DNA of 64,000 nucleotides from Escherichia phage pEC-M719-6WT.2: sequence record OQ845958.1; one strand, 5' to 3'. Shown piece by piece: positions 27,523 to 37,067 of this stretch (position 1 is its first letter; each line of letters starts with the position of its first letter). The notes under the pieces were generated by a model. It saw only the letters and a program-made list of their open reading frames with translations, ran no database searches and was not told where the DNA came from. The position numbers and the translations under genes were made by a program.

Positions 27523-28482
27523 ATGTTAACGGTTAATGACAAAGAATTCATGTGGGAACAAAAATACCGTCCAGGTACATTATCAGAGTGTATTCTCCCG
27601 GCTCATGATAAAGAAACATTAGAGGCGATTGTTAAAAAAGGTTTAATTCCTAACTTGATTCTGGTCAGTAGTTCCCCTGGTACTGGTAAGACAACAGTTG
27701 CAAAAGCTATGTGCGCAGATACGAATTCTGATATGCTGTTTGTTAACGGCTCCGATTGTCGAATTGACTTTGTGCGTAATGAATTGACTCGCTTTGCATC
27801 ATCTAAATCAATCGAAGGTCGCCGCAAGGTAATTGTTATCGATGAGTTCGACCGCGCGGGTCTGGCTGAATCACAACGACACCTTCGTAGCTTTATGGAA
27901 GCTTATTCGAGCAACTGTTCAATCATTATGACCGCGAACAATATCGATGGCATCATCACTCCGCTGCAGTCTCGTTGTCGCGTAATTAAGTTTGGTGAAG
28001 CAACTCCAGCTGACCAGACCACTATGATGAAAGAAATGATTCATCGTGCAGTCGCGATATGTAAAAACGAAGGCGTTGAAATCGAAGACCTGAAAGTTGT
28101 TGCTGCTCTGGTTAAGCATAACTTCCCGGACCTGCGTAAGACAATTAATGAGCTTGACCGTTACTCTGCAAAGGGTGTTATCGATTCCGGTATTCTGAGC
28201 ATCGTGACAAACAATCGCACGCCAATTGATGATGTGATTGATGCCCTTAAGGACCGTAACTTTAAAGTTCTCCGTGGCCTGGCTCCTAAGCATGCAAATG
28301 ATTATTCAAGCTTCATTGCAAAGCTGGCTGATGAAATGTATGGCAAACTGACTGGTGCAAGCATCATCCGTATGTATGAGATTGTGGGTGAGAATAATCA
28401 GTACCATGGCATTGCAGCCAATACCGAAGTTCACTTGACTTATCTGTTTGCTCAACTGGCTGGGGAAATGAAATGGCTGTAA
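27523..28482 (+). CDS. 44: clamp loader large subunit gp44
   Basis: 319 aa (same as T4 gp44); Walker A SSPGTGKTT; AAA+ motifs. Confidence 0.92.
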   Translation: MLTVNDKEFMWEQKYRPGTLSECILPAHDKETLEAIVKKGLIPNLILVSSSPGTGKTTVAKAMCADTNSDMLFVNGSDCRIDFVRNELTRFASSKSIEGRRKVIVIDEFDRAGLAESQRHLRSFMEAYSSNCSIIMTANNIDGIITPLQSRCRVIKFGEATPADQTTMMKEMIHRAVAICKNEGVEIEDLKVVAALVKHNFPDLRKTINELDRYSAKGVIDSGILSIVTNNRTPIDDVIDALKDRNFKVLRGLAPKHANDYSSFIAKLADEMYGKLTGASIIRMYEIVGENNQYHGIAANTEVHLTYLFAQLAGEMKWL

Positions 28483-29051
28483 GTCTCTTTGATGATGACG
28501 TTCAATTAAACGAACATGAGGTTGCGTGGAAATCACGCGACTTTAACAAAATTCAGGAATTGTCCGATTCATACAAAGAGAAAGCAGAAAATGAATTGTT
28601 CGCGATTCTTAATGATATAACCGTTAGTAAAAAACCACGAAACCTGATTCAATCGGAAAACTACAATAAATTCTGGTTAGAAAACGCATTGAGCCAGCAT
28701 GTCGATTGCATCATGCAGGTGAACGTGATGAACTTAATCGGTTCCGGGTTAACAGACCAACAGCATTATAATTATTTGCTGCATGCGGTTCCACAAGGCA
28801 AGCGTTATGGCAAATGGGCTAAGGCTGAGCCGGATGTAGTCAGCGTCCAGCTTGTGTTAAAGCTTTTAATGAAATATTATACAATTAATGCAGATGATGC
28901 TTTGATGTATATGGAAACATTGAAAGTCAAAGGTAGTCTTAAAGATGTTTTGAAAAAGACAAAAGGTCTGGTAACGGATGAATTCTTAAAGACCGTTACC
29001 AGTAATGTGAAAGAACAAAAAGAAATTAAAAAACAAATATTGGAATGGTAA
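28473..29051 (+). CDS. 62: clamp loader small subunit gp62
   Basis: 192 aa; overlaps 44 stop; synteny 44-62-regA. Confidence 0.8.
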   Translation: MAVSLFDDDVQLNEHEVAWKSRDFNKIQELSDSYKEKAENELFAILNDITVSKKPRNLIQSENYNKFWLENALSQHVDCIMQVNVMNLIGSGLTDQQHYNYLLHAVPQGKRYGKWAKAEPDVVSVQLVLKLLMKYYTINADDALMYMETLKVKGSLKDVLKKTKGLVTDEFLKTVTSNVKEQKEIKKQILEW

Positions 29052-29052
29052 A

Positions 29053-29421
29053 ATGATTGAAATTACATTAAAGCAACCTGAAGACTTCCTGAAAGTTAAA
29101 GAAACTCTGACCCGTATGGGCATCGCAAATAATAAAGACCGTGTACTGTACCAGAGCTGCCACATCCTCCAGAAGCAAGGTCGTTACTATATTGTTCACT
29201 TCAAAGAAATGCTGCGCATGGATGGTCGCCAGGTGGATATTGATGGTGAAGACTATCAGCGCCGTGATTCCATCACTCAACTGCTCGAAGACTGGGGCTT
29301 AATCACTATCAAAGAAGAAGAGCGTAATGAATTGTTCGCAGTAACAAACAACTTCCGTGTTATCTCCTTTAAACAAAAAGACGACTGGAAGCTCGTAGCC
29401 AAATATACAATTGGTAATTAA
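29053..29421 (+). CDS. regA: translational repressor RegA
   Basis: 122 aa (same as T4 RegA); conserved position upstream of 43. Confidence 0.85.
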   Translation: MIEITLKQPEDFLKVKETLTRMGIANNKDRVLYQSCHILQKQGRYYIVHFKEMLRMDGRQVDIDGEDYQRRDSITQLLEDWGLITIKEEERNELFAVTNNFRVISFKQKDDWKLVAKYTIGN

Positions 29422-29433
29422 TTTAAAGCAAAG

Positions 29434-29451
29434 GGACTTCGGTCCCTTTTG
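29434..29451 (+). terminator. rho-independent terminator
   Basis: GGGAC-TTCG-GTCCC hairpin plus TTTT; -10 TATAAT of the gene 43 promoter follows at 29455-29460. Confidence 0.6.
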
Positions 29452-29511
29452 TAGTATAATAGCGTCAAGTCATAAAACAAAAGTCAATCACTCGACTATA
29501 AAGGAAACCAA

Positions 29512-32226
29512 ATGCAAGAATTTTATTTAACTATCGAACAAATCGGTGACAATCTGCTCGAACGATACATTGACAAGAACGGTCATGAACGTGTTCGTGA
29601 AATCCCTTATGCTCCATGCTTGTTTATGCATGCTCGCGAAGACCAGGCTGCAAAGTATACAGACATCTATAATAAAGGTTGTGTGAAAAAAGAATTCGAT
29701 TCCATGCGTGATGCATCCCAGTGGATGAAGCGAATGAATGACATGGGTCTCGAAGCTATGGGTATGGATGACTTTAAACTCGCATACTTGTCCGACCGTT
29801 ACCCGCACGAAATCAAATACGATTCAAGTAAAATCCGTGTGGCTAACTTCGATATCGAGGTGACATCTCCTGATGGGTTCCCTGAGCCGTCTGAAGCACG
29901 TCACCCTATTGATGCCCTGACGCACTATGATTCGGTAGACGATAAATTCTATGTCTTTGACCTTTTGAGCTCACCATACGCCACTGTGGAGCAATGGTCT
30001 ATCGATATTGCTGCTAAGCTGCAAGAAGATGGCGGTGATGAAGTCCCTGAAGAAATCCTGGAAAAAATTGTTTATATGGCTTTCGATTCAGAAGAAGAAA
30101 TGCTCCAGCAGTATTTGGTATTCTGGAACGAGAAAACTCCGGTTATGTTAACTGGTTGGAACATCGAGAAGTTTGATATTCCATATATCTACAACCGCCT
30201 TAAAAATGTATTTGGTGAAGCTACAGCAAAACGACTGAGTCCACATCGTCGTACAAAAGTTAAGGTCATTAACAATGGCTTCGGTGAAGAACAAGAAATC
30301 ATTCAGATTCTGGGTATCTCTGTTCTGGATTATCTGGACCTGTACAAAAAGTTCAGCTTCACAAACCAACCGTCTTATTCGTTGGATTATGTTGCGGAAT
30401 CTGAACTTGGTGTTGGTAAACTCCCGTATGATGGTCCGATTTCTAAACTGCGTGAATCAAATCACCAACGGTATATTTCTTATAACATCATTGATGTTTA
30501 TCGTGTTGTGCAGATTGACCGTAAGCGGCAGTTTATTAACCTGAGTCAGTCAATGGGTTATTACGCAAAAATGCAGATTCAGTCTGTATTCAGCCCAATC
30601 AAAACTTGGGATGCGATTATCTTTAACAGCCTGAAGACTCAAAACAAAGTCATTCCGGAAACCAAATCGCATGTTCGCCAATCGTTCCCTGGTGCATTTG
30701 TTAAGGAACCGATTCCGAACGCATACAAATACGTTATGAGCTGTGACTTAACATCTCTGTATCCGAGCATCATTCGACAGATTAACATCAGTCCAGAAAC
30801 GATTGCCGGGTCATTTGCACCAGCGCCGATGTACGAATACATTGCAGGAACTGCTGACCGTCCATCTGATACATTTAGTTGTGCTCCAAACGGTATGATG
30901 TATTTTAAAGATGTTGCGGGTATTATTCCGACAGAAGTCACCAAGGTGTTTAATCAGCGTAAAGAGCATAAAGGTTATATGCTTGCGGCTCAACGTAATG
31001 GTGAACTGATTAAGGAAGCCCTGCGTAATCCAGGAACTGGTACAACCGAGCCTGAAGTTGATTATCGTTATGACTTTGATGACAATATGAAAACAACCTT
31101 GCATGGTCTGAATCAAACAGTTCTGAATGGTATGTTGTACAAAGCGCAAATGGAAGAAGTTGCAGGCATGACCGCACAGATTAACCGTAAACTGCTTATC
31201 AACAGTTGTTATGGCGCTCTGGGTAATATCTGGTTCCGTTACTTTGACCTGCGAAATGCAACCGCGATTACATCTTTCGGACAACTTGCATTGCAGTGGA
31301 TTGAGCGTAAAGTTAACGAATATTTTGATAGTGTTTGCGGTACAAGTGGTGAAACATATGTATTCTATGGTGATACTGACTCCATTTATATCCAGTGCGA
31401 TAACCTGATTAAAAAGGTTGGTGGTGAATCTAAATTCCGCGATACAAACCACCTGGTTGACTTCATGGACAAGTTTGCGAAAGACCGTCTGGAACCGGCA
31501 ATCGATAAAGCTTTCCGTGAGCTGGCTGAATACATGAACAACAAACAACACCTTATGTTTATGGACCGTGAAGCGATTGCATGTCCTCCGCTGGGTTCTA
31601 AAGGTGTTGGTGGATTCTGGACAGCGAAGAAGCGTTATGCTCTGAACGTGTACGATATGGAAGGCACACGATACGCTGTTCCGAAACTGAAAATCATGGG
31701 CCTGGAAACTCAAAAGTCGAGTACACCAAAAGCATGTCAGAAAGCTCTGAAAGAATGTATCCGCCGTATGCTGCAAGAAGGTGAAGAATCTCTGCAGACA
31801 TACTTCAAGGAATTCAACAAGGAATTTAATGAGCTTAACTACATGACCATCGCAGGTGTATCATCAGTTAACAACATCCAGAAATATAATGAGGGTGGTT
31901 TCCCTGGATTTAAGTGCCCAGCTCATATCAAAGGCGTGCTCGCTTACATGCGTGCAACTAAAGGTATGAAGACTGTTCCACAAATCATGGAAGGGGAAAA
32001 GGTGTATGTACTTCCTCTTAAAGTTGGTAACCCGTTTGGCGAAACCGTGATTGCATGGCCATCAGGGATTGAACTCCCGATTGAAATCCGTGACCAGGTT
32101 CTGCAGTGGATGGACTACAACACACTGTTCCAGAAGACTTTTGTCAAACCGTTAACAGGGTTCTCTGAAGCGGCTAAGGTTGATTACGAGAAAAAAGCAT
32201 CTCTTTTTGATATGTTTGATTTTTAA
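29512..32226 (+). CDS. 43: DNA polymerase gp43 (family B)
   Basis: 904 aa; exonuclease motif FDIE, polymerase motifs DLTSLYPSII and YGDTDS. Confidence 0.95.
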   Translation: MQEFYLTIEQIGDNLLERYIDKNGHERVREIPYAPCLFMHAREDQAAKYTDIYNKGCVKKEFDSMRDASQWMKRMNDMGLEAMGMDDFKLAYLSDRYPHEIKYDSSKIRVANFDIEVTSPDGFPEPSEARHPIDALTHYDSVDDKFYVFDLLSSPYATVEQWSIDIAAKLQEDGGDEVPEEILEKIVYMAFDSEEEMLQQYLVFWNEKTPVMLTGWNIEKFDIPYIYNRLKNVFGEATAKRLSPHRRTKVKVINNGFGEEQEIIQILGISVLDYLDLYKKFSFTNQPSYSLDYVAESELGVGKLPYDGPISKLRESNHQRYISYNIIDVYRVVQIDRKRQFINLSQSMGYYAKMQIQSVFSPIKTWDAIIFNSLKTQNKVIPETKSHVRQSFPGAFVKEPIPNAYKYVMSCDLTSLYPSIIRQINISPETIAGSFAPAPMYEYIAGTADRPSDTFSCAPNGMMYFKDVAGIIPTEVTKVFNQRKEHKGYMLAAQRNGELIKEALRNPGTGTTEPEVDYRYDFDDNMKTTLHGLNQTVLNGMLYKAQMEEVAGMTAQINRKLLINSCYGALGNIWFRYFDLRNATAITSFGQLALQWIERKVNEYFDSVCGTSGETYVFYGDTDSIYIQCDNLIKKVGGESKFRDTNHLVDFMDKFAKDRLEPAIDKAFRELAEYMNNKQHLMFMDREAIACPPLGSKGVGGFWTAKKRYALNVYDMEGTRYAVPKLKIMGLETQKSSTPKACQKALKECIRRMLQEGEESLQTYFKEFNKEFNELNYMTIAGVSSVNNIQKYNEGGFPGFKCPAHIKGVLAYMRATKGMKTVPQIMEGEKVYVLPLKVGNPFGETVIAWPSGIELPIEIRDQVLQWMDYNTLFQKTFVKPLTGFSEAAKVDYEKKASLFDMFDF

Positions 32227-32227
32227 G

Positions 32228-32258
32228 TGTTTACAACGGCAATGGATTGCCGTATGAT
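32228..32258 (+). promoter_or_regulatory. early promoter (GTTTACA, 17 nt, TATGAT) with hairpin in spacer
   Basis: spacer contains perfect hairpin CGGCAA-tgga-TTGCCG; followed by conserved leader CCTCATCAACTACTGA. Confidence 0.45.
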
Positions 32259-32298
32259 TACCTCATCAACTACTGATGAATAACTTAAGGATATTAAA

Positions 32299-32541
32299 AT
32301 GGAAACATTAATTGCAGGTACTGTTGTTCTTGGTGCTGGTTCTTTCTTCCTGGCTGCACTGGCATATTTTCTGCCGTGGATTATCGCGCTACTGCGAGGA
32401 ACCAAAAGTAATTGCGGAATCTTCTTTGTTAACCTCCTGTTAGGTTGGACAATGGTCGGATGGTTTATTGCATTTATTTGGGCACTCGTTGCTGAGCGTA
32501 AATCAAATGCACATGTAATTATCATCAAGGAAACCAAATGA
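32299..32541 (+). CDS. two-helix membrane protein, putative superinfection immunity (Imm-like)
   Basis: 80 aa; two transmembrane helices; lies directly beside gene 43 where T4 imm sits. Confidence 0.45.
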   Translation: METLIAGTVVLGAGSFFLAALAYFLPWIIALLRGTKSNCGIFFVNLLLGWTMVGWFIAFIWALVAERKSNAHVIIIKETK

Positions 32542-32681
32542 AGATAATTACAATTATTGTACTGATTGCATTTTTTAGTATGTCAATCTATTGGGCAATA
32601 ATGACTCCGCATATGATTCCAACTTTAATTTTGGGTTGGATATTTTTGGGACTCCAAGCTCGCTATGAATGTTTTAATTGA
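32538..32681 (+). CDS. small membrane protein (47 aa)
   Basis: hand-translated; ATGA overlap with upstream gene. Confidence 0.3.
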   Translation: MKIITIIVLIAFFSMSIYWAIMTPHMIPTLILGWIFLGLQARYECFN

Positions 32682-32691
32682 GGAAAATACA

Positions 32692-33195
32692 ATGAAAAAG
32701 TTAGCTATCGCAGCTGTTATGCTGCTATCCGGTTGTGCTTACCAGGGTGATGTAGTTAATGCCAGTGAGATTGGTAAAGCAAGAATTGCTGCAGACCGTC
32801 AGGTGCATAATGGTTCCTTTGATTTCAAAGGTGGTACTGGACTTATCTACAAACGCGACAACAATCAATGTGGAAATAACTGCGCAAAATATGCTCAACA
32901 AGAAATTGAGTACAAACGCGAGCAAGCTGCAAAGCATGACGAAATCATTGCCAAGCTGGAAGCAGAAACTAAGCGACAAAATGACCTGGACACTGTTAAC
33001 CAGATTTCACAGGTATGCATGTCATATATCAATATGCAGATAAACATCATGCGTGCAGAAGCTTATCAGGCAGCGGAGACGGGTTCTCCAAAAGCCAATG
33101 AGTATCGCGATATGTATCAGCGTTCTGCTCAAAACCGTCTGAGCTATATTAATAAATGTATAGCTAAAGAGAAAGCACGCCAAGGTATTAACTGA
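32692..33195 (+). CDS. lipoprotein with coiled-coil region
   Basis: 167 aa from ATG 32692 (SD GAGGA); signal peptide with lipobox LLSGC. Confidence 0.5.
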   Translation: MKKLAIAAVMLLSGCAYQGDVVNASEIGKARIAADRQVHNGSFDFKGGTGLIYKRDNNQCGNNCAKYAQQEIEYKREQAAKHDEIIAKLEAETKRQNDLDTVNQISQVCMSYINMQINIMRAEAYQAAETGSPKANEYRDMYQRSAQNRLSYINKCIAKEKARQGIN

Positions 33196-33302
33196 TGCTA
33201 TTATTACTTCTGATTGTTGGAACAGTAATTGGTTTGCTGCTATTAGAAAAGCGTAATAAGCATTTGGCTGAAGAAAACTGGAAACGTGGAAACGTTTACT
33301 AA
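33195..33302 (+). CDS. small membrane peptide (35 aa)
   Basis: hand-translated; single TM helix. Confidence 0.25.
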   Translation: MLLLLLIVGTVIGLLLLEKRNKHLAEENWKRGNVY

Positions 33303-33329
33303 ATTACTCTGAACTGCGAGAAAAATATT

Positions 33330-33458
33330 ATGATTGATATGCTATTGATTAGTCTGTGGCTGTTGTCTGCATTTGGTATTGGTTTTATGTACTGGTGGGA
33401 CAAACGTCAGACCCGGAAGATTGTTGAACGTGCAATTAATCGTGGATTTAATCGTTAA
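33330..33458 (+). CDS. small membrane peptide (42 aa)
   Basis: hand-translated; single TM helix. Confidence 0.25.
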   Translation: MIDMLLISLWLLSAFGIGFMYWWDKRQTRKIVERAINRGFNR

Positions 33459-33537
33459 TTGCTCTAAAAATACAGTGATATAATTATCCTATCTTAAACC
33501 TGTGAGAAAAATATAATGGTGCCTATGGAAAAAATGA

Positions 33538-34716
33538 ATGTCTATTGCAGATTTGAAATCCCGTTTGATTAAAGCTTCTACATCCAAAATGACTGCGACT
33601 CTTACCAAGTCCAAGTTCTTTAATGATAAAGATGTAGTTCGTACAAAAATCCCAATGCTGAACATTGCAATCAGCGGTGCACTAGATGGTGGTATGCAGT
33701 CAGGTTTGACTATTTTTGCTGGTCCGTCAAAACACTTTAAATCCAATATGGGTTTAACGATGGTCTCTGCATATATGAACAAATACCCCGATGCAATCTG
33801 TTTGTTCTATGATTCAGAATTTGGTATCACAGAAGCATATCTTCGTGCAATGAAAGTTGACCCGGAACGTGTTATTCACACACCAATCCAGTCGGTTGAA
33901 CAATTGAAAGTTGATATGGTTAACCAGCTTGAAGCAATTGAGCGTGGTGAAAAAGTCATTATCTTCATTGACTCAATCGGTAACATGGCGTCTAAAAAAG
34001 AAACAGAAGATGCGATGAACGAAAAAGTCGTTGGCGATATGACTCGTGCTAAATCCCTGAAATCTCTGTTCCGTATTGTTACCCCATATTTTAGTATCAA
34101 GGATATTCCTTGTGTCGCGGTTAACCATACAATCGAGACGATTGAGATGTATAGCAAAACCGTTATGACCGGTGGTACAGGTGTTATGTATTCTGCGGAC
34201 ACCGTATTCATTATCGGCAAACGCCAGATTAAAGAAACTGGTAAAGAACTTGAAGGTTTCCAATTTGTTCTGAACGCCGAAAAATCTCGTATGGTCAAAG
34301 AGAAAAGTAAATTCTTCATTGATGTAAAATTCGATGGGGGTATTGACCCGTATTCTGGCCTGCTTGATATGGCAATGGAAATCGGATTTGTGGTGAAACC
34401 GAAAGTTGGTTGGTATAACCGCGAATATCTTGATGTTGAGACCGGTGAAATGGTCCGCGAAGAAAAATCATGGCGTGCAAAAGATACTAACTGCACCGAA
34501 TTCTGGGGACCGTTGTTCAAGCACGAACCTTTCCGTGATGCAATCAAACGCCATTACCAACTGGGTGCAATCGATAGCAATGCTGTTGTTGACGCCGAGG
34601 TTGATGCGCTTATTGCCTCCAAGGTTGAAAAATACTCTGCTCCTGAAGGTAAGGTAAAACCATCTGCAGCAGATATCGAAAATGATTTAGATATGATGGA
34701 AGACCTTGATGAATGA
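33538..34716 (+). CDS. uvsX: RecA-like recombinase UvsX
   Basis: 392 aa; Walker A GPSKHFKS; N-terminus close to remembered T4 UvsX. Confidence 0.92.
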   Translation: MSIADLKSRLIKASTSKMTATLTKSKFFNDKDVVRTKIPMLNIAISGALDGGMQSGLTIFAGPSKHFKSNMGLTMVSAYMNKYPDAICLFYDSEFGITEAYLRAMKVDPERVIHTPIQSVEQLKVDMVNQLEAIERGEKVIIFIDSIGNMASKKETEDAMNEKVVGDMTRAKSLKSLFRIVTPYFSIKDIPCVAVNHTIETIEMYSKTVMTGGTGVMYSADTVFIIGKRQIKETGKELEGFQFVLNAEKSRMVKEKSKFFIDVKFDGGIDPYSGLLDMAMEIGFVVKPKVGWYNREYLDVETGEMVREEKSWRAKDTNCTEFWGPLFKHEPFRDAIKRHYQLGAIDSNAVVDAEVDALIASKVEKYSAPEGKVKPSAADIENDLDMMEDLDE

Positions 34717-35050
34717 TATCGATTTATCTGATTTAGATAATTTCGAGAAAGATGCGGAGGGAGCTAAGGCTCCTTCTGTACCTTACTACGAAAAAAGTTT
34801 GGAGATTATCCGGCAATCCATGGGAACTGTGCGACAGGAAATTCTGTTATCACTCCCCGATGGGTCCAATCACATCGTGTACGTAACCGGAATTAAAATT
34901 GAACCATCTGGAAAAGTTTCAGTTGATTTCGGCACCCCTTCTGAAGACCGCAAAGCGGAGCTTGCAGTGCATGTAGAAAAGTGTGTTACAATGCAAATAC
35001 AAGATGAAATTGATAAGATTAAAATGAAAAAGAGGTGGTGGAAGTGGTAG
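34706..35050 (+). CDS. 40: gp40-like protein (head vertex assembly chaperone)
   Basis: 114 aa; position between uvsX and 41 as in T4. Confidence 0.6.
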   Translation: MMNDIDLSDLDNFEKDAEGAKAPSVPYYEKSLEIIRQSMGTVRQEILLSLPDGSNHIVYVTGIKIEPSGKVSVDFGTPSEDRKAELAVHVEKCVTMQIQDEIDKIKMKKRWWKW

Positions 35051-36474
35051 AAACTATTTTATCCCAGCTACTCTTTAACAAGGAATATTTTGTTAAAGTC
35101 TGGCCATATCTGAATAGCACATATTTTGAAAAGGGTCCAGCGAAGACCCTTTTTAATACGATTAACGAACACGTAAAAGAATATCAGGCGGTGCCAACTA
35201 AGACTGCACTTGATATCGCGCTCGACAGTTCTGACCTTTCTGAAGTTGAATATGAAGGCACCAAGAAACTCTTAGGAGTCCTTGCTGATACTCCAGAAGA
35301 CCAGGAATGGTTGGTTAGAGAAACCGAGAAGTATGTACAGAAGTCTGCGATGTTCAATGCCACATCCCGGATTATCGAAATCCAGAGTAATGCCGAACTT
35401 CCGAAAGATAAACGTGATAAACGAATCCCGGATATTGGTGCTATCCCTGATATCATGCGTGATGCATTATCTATCTGTTTTGACTCTGCACTGGGCCATG
35501 ACTGGTTAAACGATTACGAAGCTCGATTCCAGACTTATCTGAACAAATCGAAGAAAGTTCCGTTCCGCATTAATATCCTGAATAAAATCACGAAGGGTGG
35601 AGTTGAGTATGGTACAGAAAACGTTTTACTGGCCGGGACCAACGTCGGGAAATCTCTAGGACTTTGTTCGTTAGCGGCTGACTATCTTCAGACTGGTCAT
35701 AACGTTCTTTATATAAGCATGGAAATGGCCGAAGAAGTATGCGCCAAACGTATTGATGCCAACTTGCTGGATGTGTCTCTGGATGATATTGATGAAGGTC
35801 ATATATCATGGGCAGAATATAAAGCTAAGATGGAAAAATGGCGTGCTTCCGGGACTCTTGGGACTCTGAAGATAAAACAATATCCAACTGGTGGTGCTCA
35901 TGCGGATACCTTCCGCGCGTTGCTGAATGAATACAAACTGAAGCAAGGGTTTGTGCCGGATGTGATTATTGTCGACTACCTGGCAATCTGTGCAAGCTCA
36001 AGACTGAAAACGTTTACCGAAAACAGTTACGGCCTGATTAAGATGGTTGCAGAAGAACTTCGTGGTCTGGCAGTCGAGAAAAATGTGGTCTTGTGGACTG
36101 CAGCGCAGACAACCAGGGGCGCGAACGTTGCAGCCGAGATTGATATGGCTGACATTGCAGAATCCTTTGGTATTGCTCACACGGCTGACTTTATGTTGGG
36201 TGTTGTTGAGACCGAAGAATTCGCTCAAATGGGGCTGCAGTTAATCAAACAGCTTAAGTCTCGTTATGGTGATAAGAACTACTATAATAAATTCAAGATG
36301 GGTGTTAAGAAAGGTAATCAGCGCTGGTATGAGGTTGATGATGATTCGGCTCCTAAACAAGGCCCTACGGTTAAAGAAGCCACCGGTGAGATGAATCGCC
36401 AGGCTGAAATGAATAGACAAACCAGGGTCAACAGGAGCGACCTGGACGACCTTGCTGCTCAAATGAAATTTTAA
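35044..36474 (+). CDS. 41: replicative DNA helicase gp41 (DnaB-like)
   Basis: 476 aa from GTG 35044; N-terminus MVETILSQLLFNKEYF close to T4 gp41; Walker A GTNVGKS. Confidence 0.92.
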   Translation: MVETILSQLLFNKEYFVKVWPYLNSTYFEKGPAKTLFNTINEHVKEYQAVPTKTALDIALDSSDLSEVEYEGTKKLLGVLADTPEDQEWLVRETEKYVQKSAMFNATSRIIEIQSNAELPKDKRDKRIPDIGAIPDIMRDALSICFDSALGHDWLNDYEARFQTYLNKSKKVPFRINILNKITKGGVEYGTENVLLAGTNVGKSLGLCSLAADYLQTGHNVLYISMEMAEEVCAKRIDANLLDVSLDDIDEGHISWAEYKAKMEKWRASGTLGTLKIKQYPTGGAHADTFRALLNEYKLKQGFVPDVIIVDYLAICASSRLKTFTENSYGLIKMVAEELRGLAVEKNVVLWTAAQTTRGANVAAEIDMADIAESFGIAHTADFMLGVVETEEFAQMGLQLIKQLKSRYGDKNYYNKFKMGVKKGNQRWYEVDDDSAPKQGPTVKEATGEMNRQAEMNRQTRVNRSDLDDLAAQMKF

Positions 36475-36486
36475 AATATTTAAAAA

Positions 36487-36506
36487 GGGGCTTACAGCCC
36501 CTTTTT
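36487..36506 (+). terminator. rho-independent terminator
   Basis: GGGGCTTACAGCCCC hairpin plus T5; loop carries the -35 (GCTTACA) of the next promoter, whose -10 TATAAT is at 36514-36519. Confidence 0.6.
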
Positions 36507-36545
36507 CTTATGTTATAATGACTCTATCAACTACTGGAGAATAAA

Positions 36546-36863
36546 ATGAAAACCATTGATTGCAAGGCAGAATACAAAGTTTATTATCATGGGTCAAGCT
36601 CTAATGCTGGAATCCAAAATATGCTTTGTCCTCCTGATGCAACTGGTGTTCTGTCAGAAGTTGGACGTAAGAAAAATTTAGGGCGTGTGTTTTTTACTGA
36701 AGATATTGGTTTGGCGCGTATCTATGCAGGAAGAGCAGCTCGCTCATATGGAGGAGAGCCCCGTCTTTATCGTGTGATTGCACCGGTTGACGTGGTTTGT
36801 TTAAATGATACTAAAGGCGCAACAGTTTATCACGCTGCCTGGGCCTTCTGCGAGGAAATCTAA
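36546..36863 (+). CDS. hypothetical protein with HGS...Y motifs (possible ADP-ribosyltransferase-like fold)
   Basis: 105 aa; VYYHGSSSNAGIQ and FFTEDIGLARIY loosely recall H-Y-E class ART motifs; speculative. Confidence 0.3.
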   Translation: MKTIDCKAEYKVYYHGSSSNAGIQNMLCPPDATGVLSEVGRKKNLGRVFFTEDIGLARIYAGRAARSYGGEPRLYRVIAPVDVVCLNDTKGATVYHAAWAFCEEI

Positions 36864-37067
36864 ATGTATAAATTAGAAAACGTAGTATTTATTGGTTGGT
36901 TTGAAAATGGTAATATGTTTACCAAAGAAACCGCGCTGGATGTTAGTGACCAAAATATGATTGAATGGGTTACAGTGCAGTATGCAGAAGTGAATAATGC
37001 GCTGGTTAAAGCCTTTGTTAATGACAATAAAGTTTTTGAATATGATGCCCGCATTGAGGAAATTTAA
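36864..37067 (+). CDS. hypothetical protein
   Basis: 67 aa. Confidence 0.4.
   Translation: MYKLENVVFIGWFENGNMFTKETALDVSDQNMIEWVTVQYAEVNNALVKAFVNDNKVFEYDARIEEI

Noticed and set aside
29461-29511. Gene 43 translational operator hairpin
   Set aside because: Only a weak short stem (GTCAATCACTCGAC region) is visible upstream of the gene 43 SD; not convincing without folding calculations.
30811-31776. 321 aa minus-strand ORF antisense to DNA polymerase gene 43
   Set aside because: Lies entirely inside a highly conserved + strand gene, has no SD, and is Cys/His/Phe-rich in a way typical of antisense reading of coding sequence; taken as spurious.
33876-34547. 223 aa minus-strand ORF antisense to uvsX, plus 33973-34263
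   Set aside because: Embedded antisense in uvsX; no translation signals.
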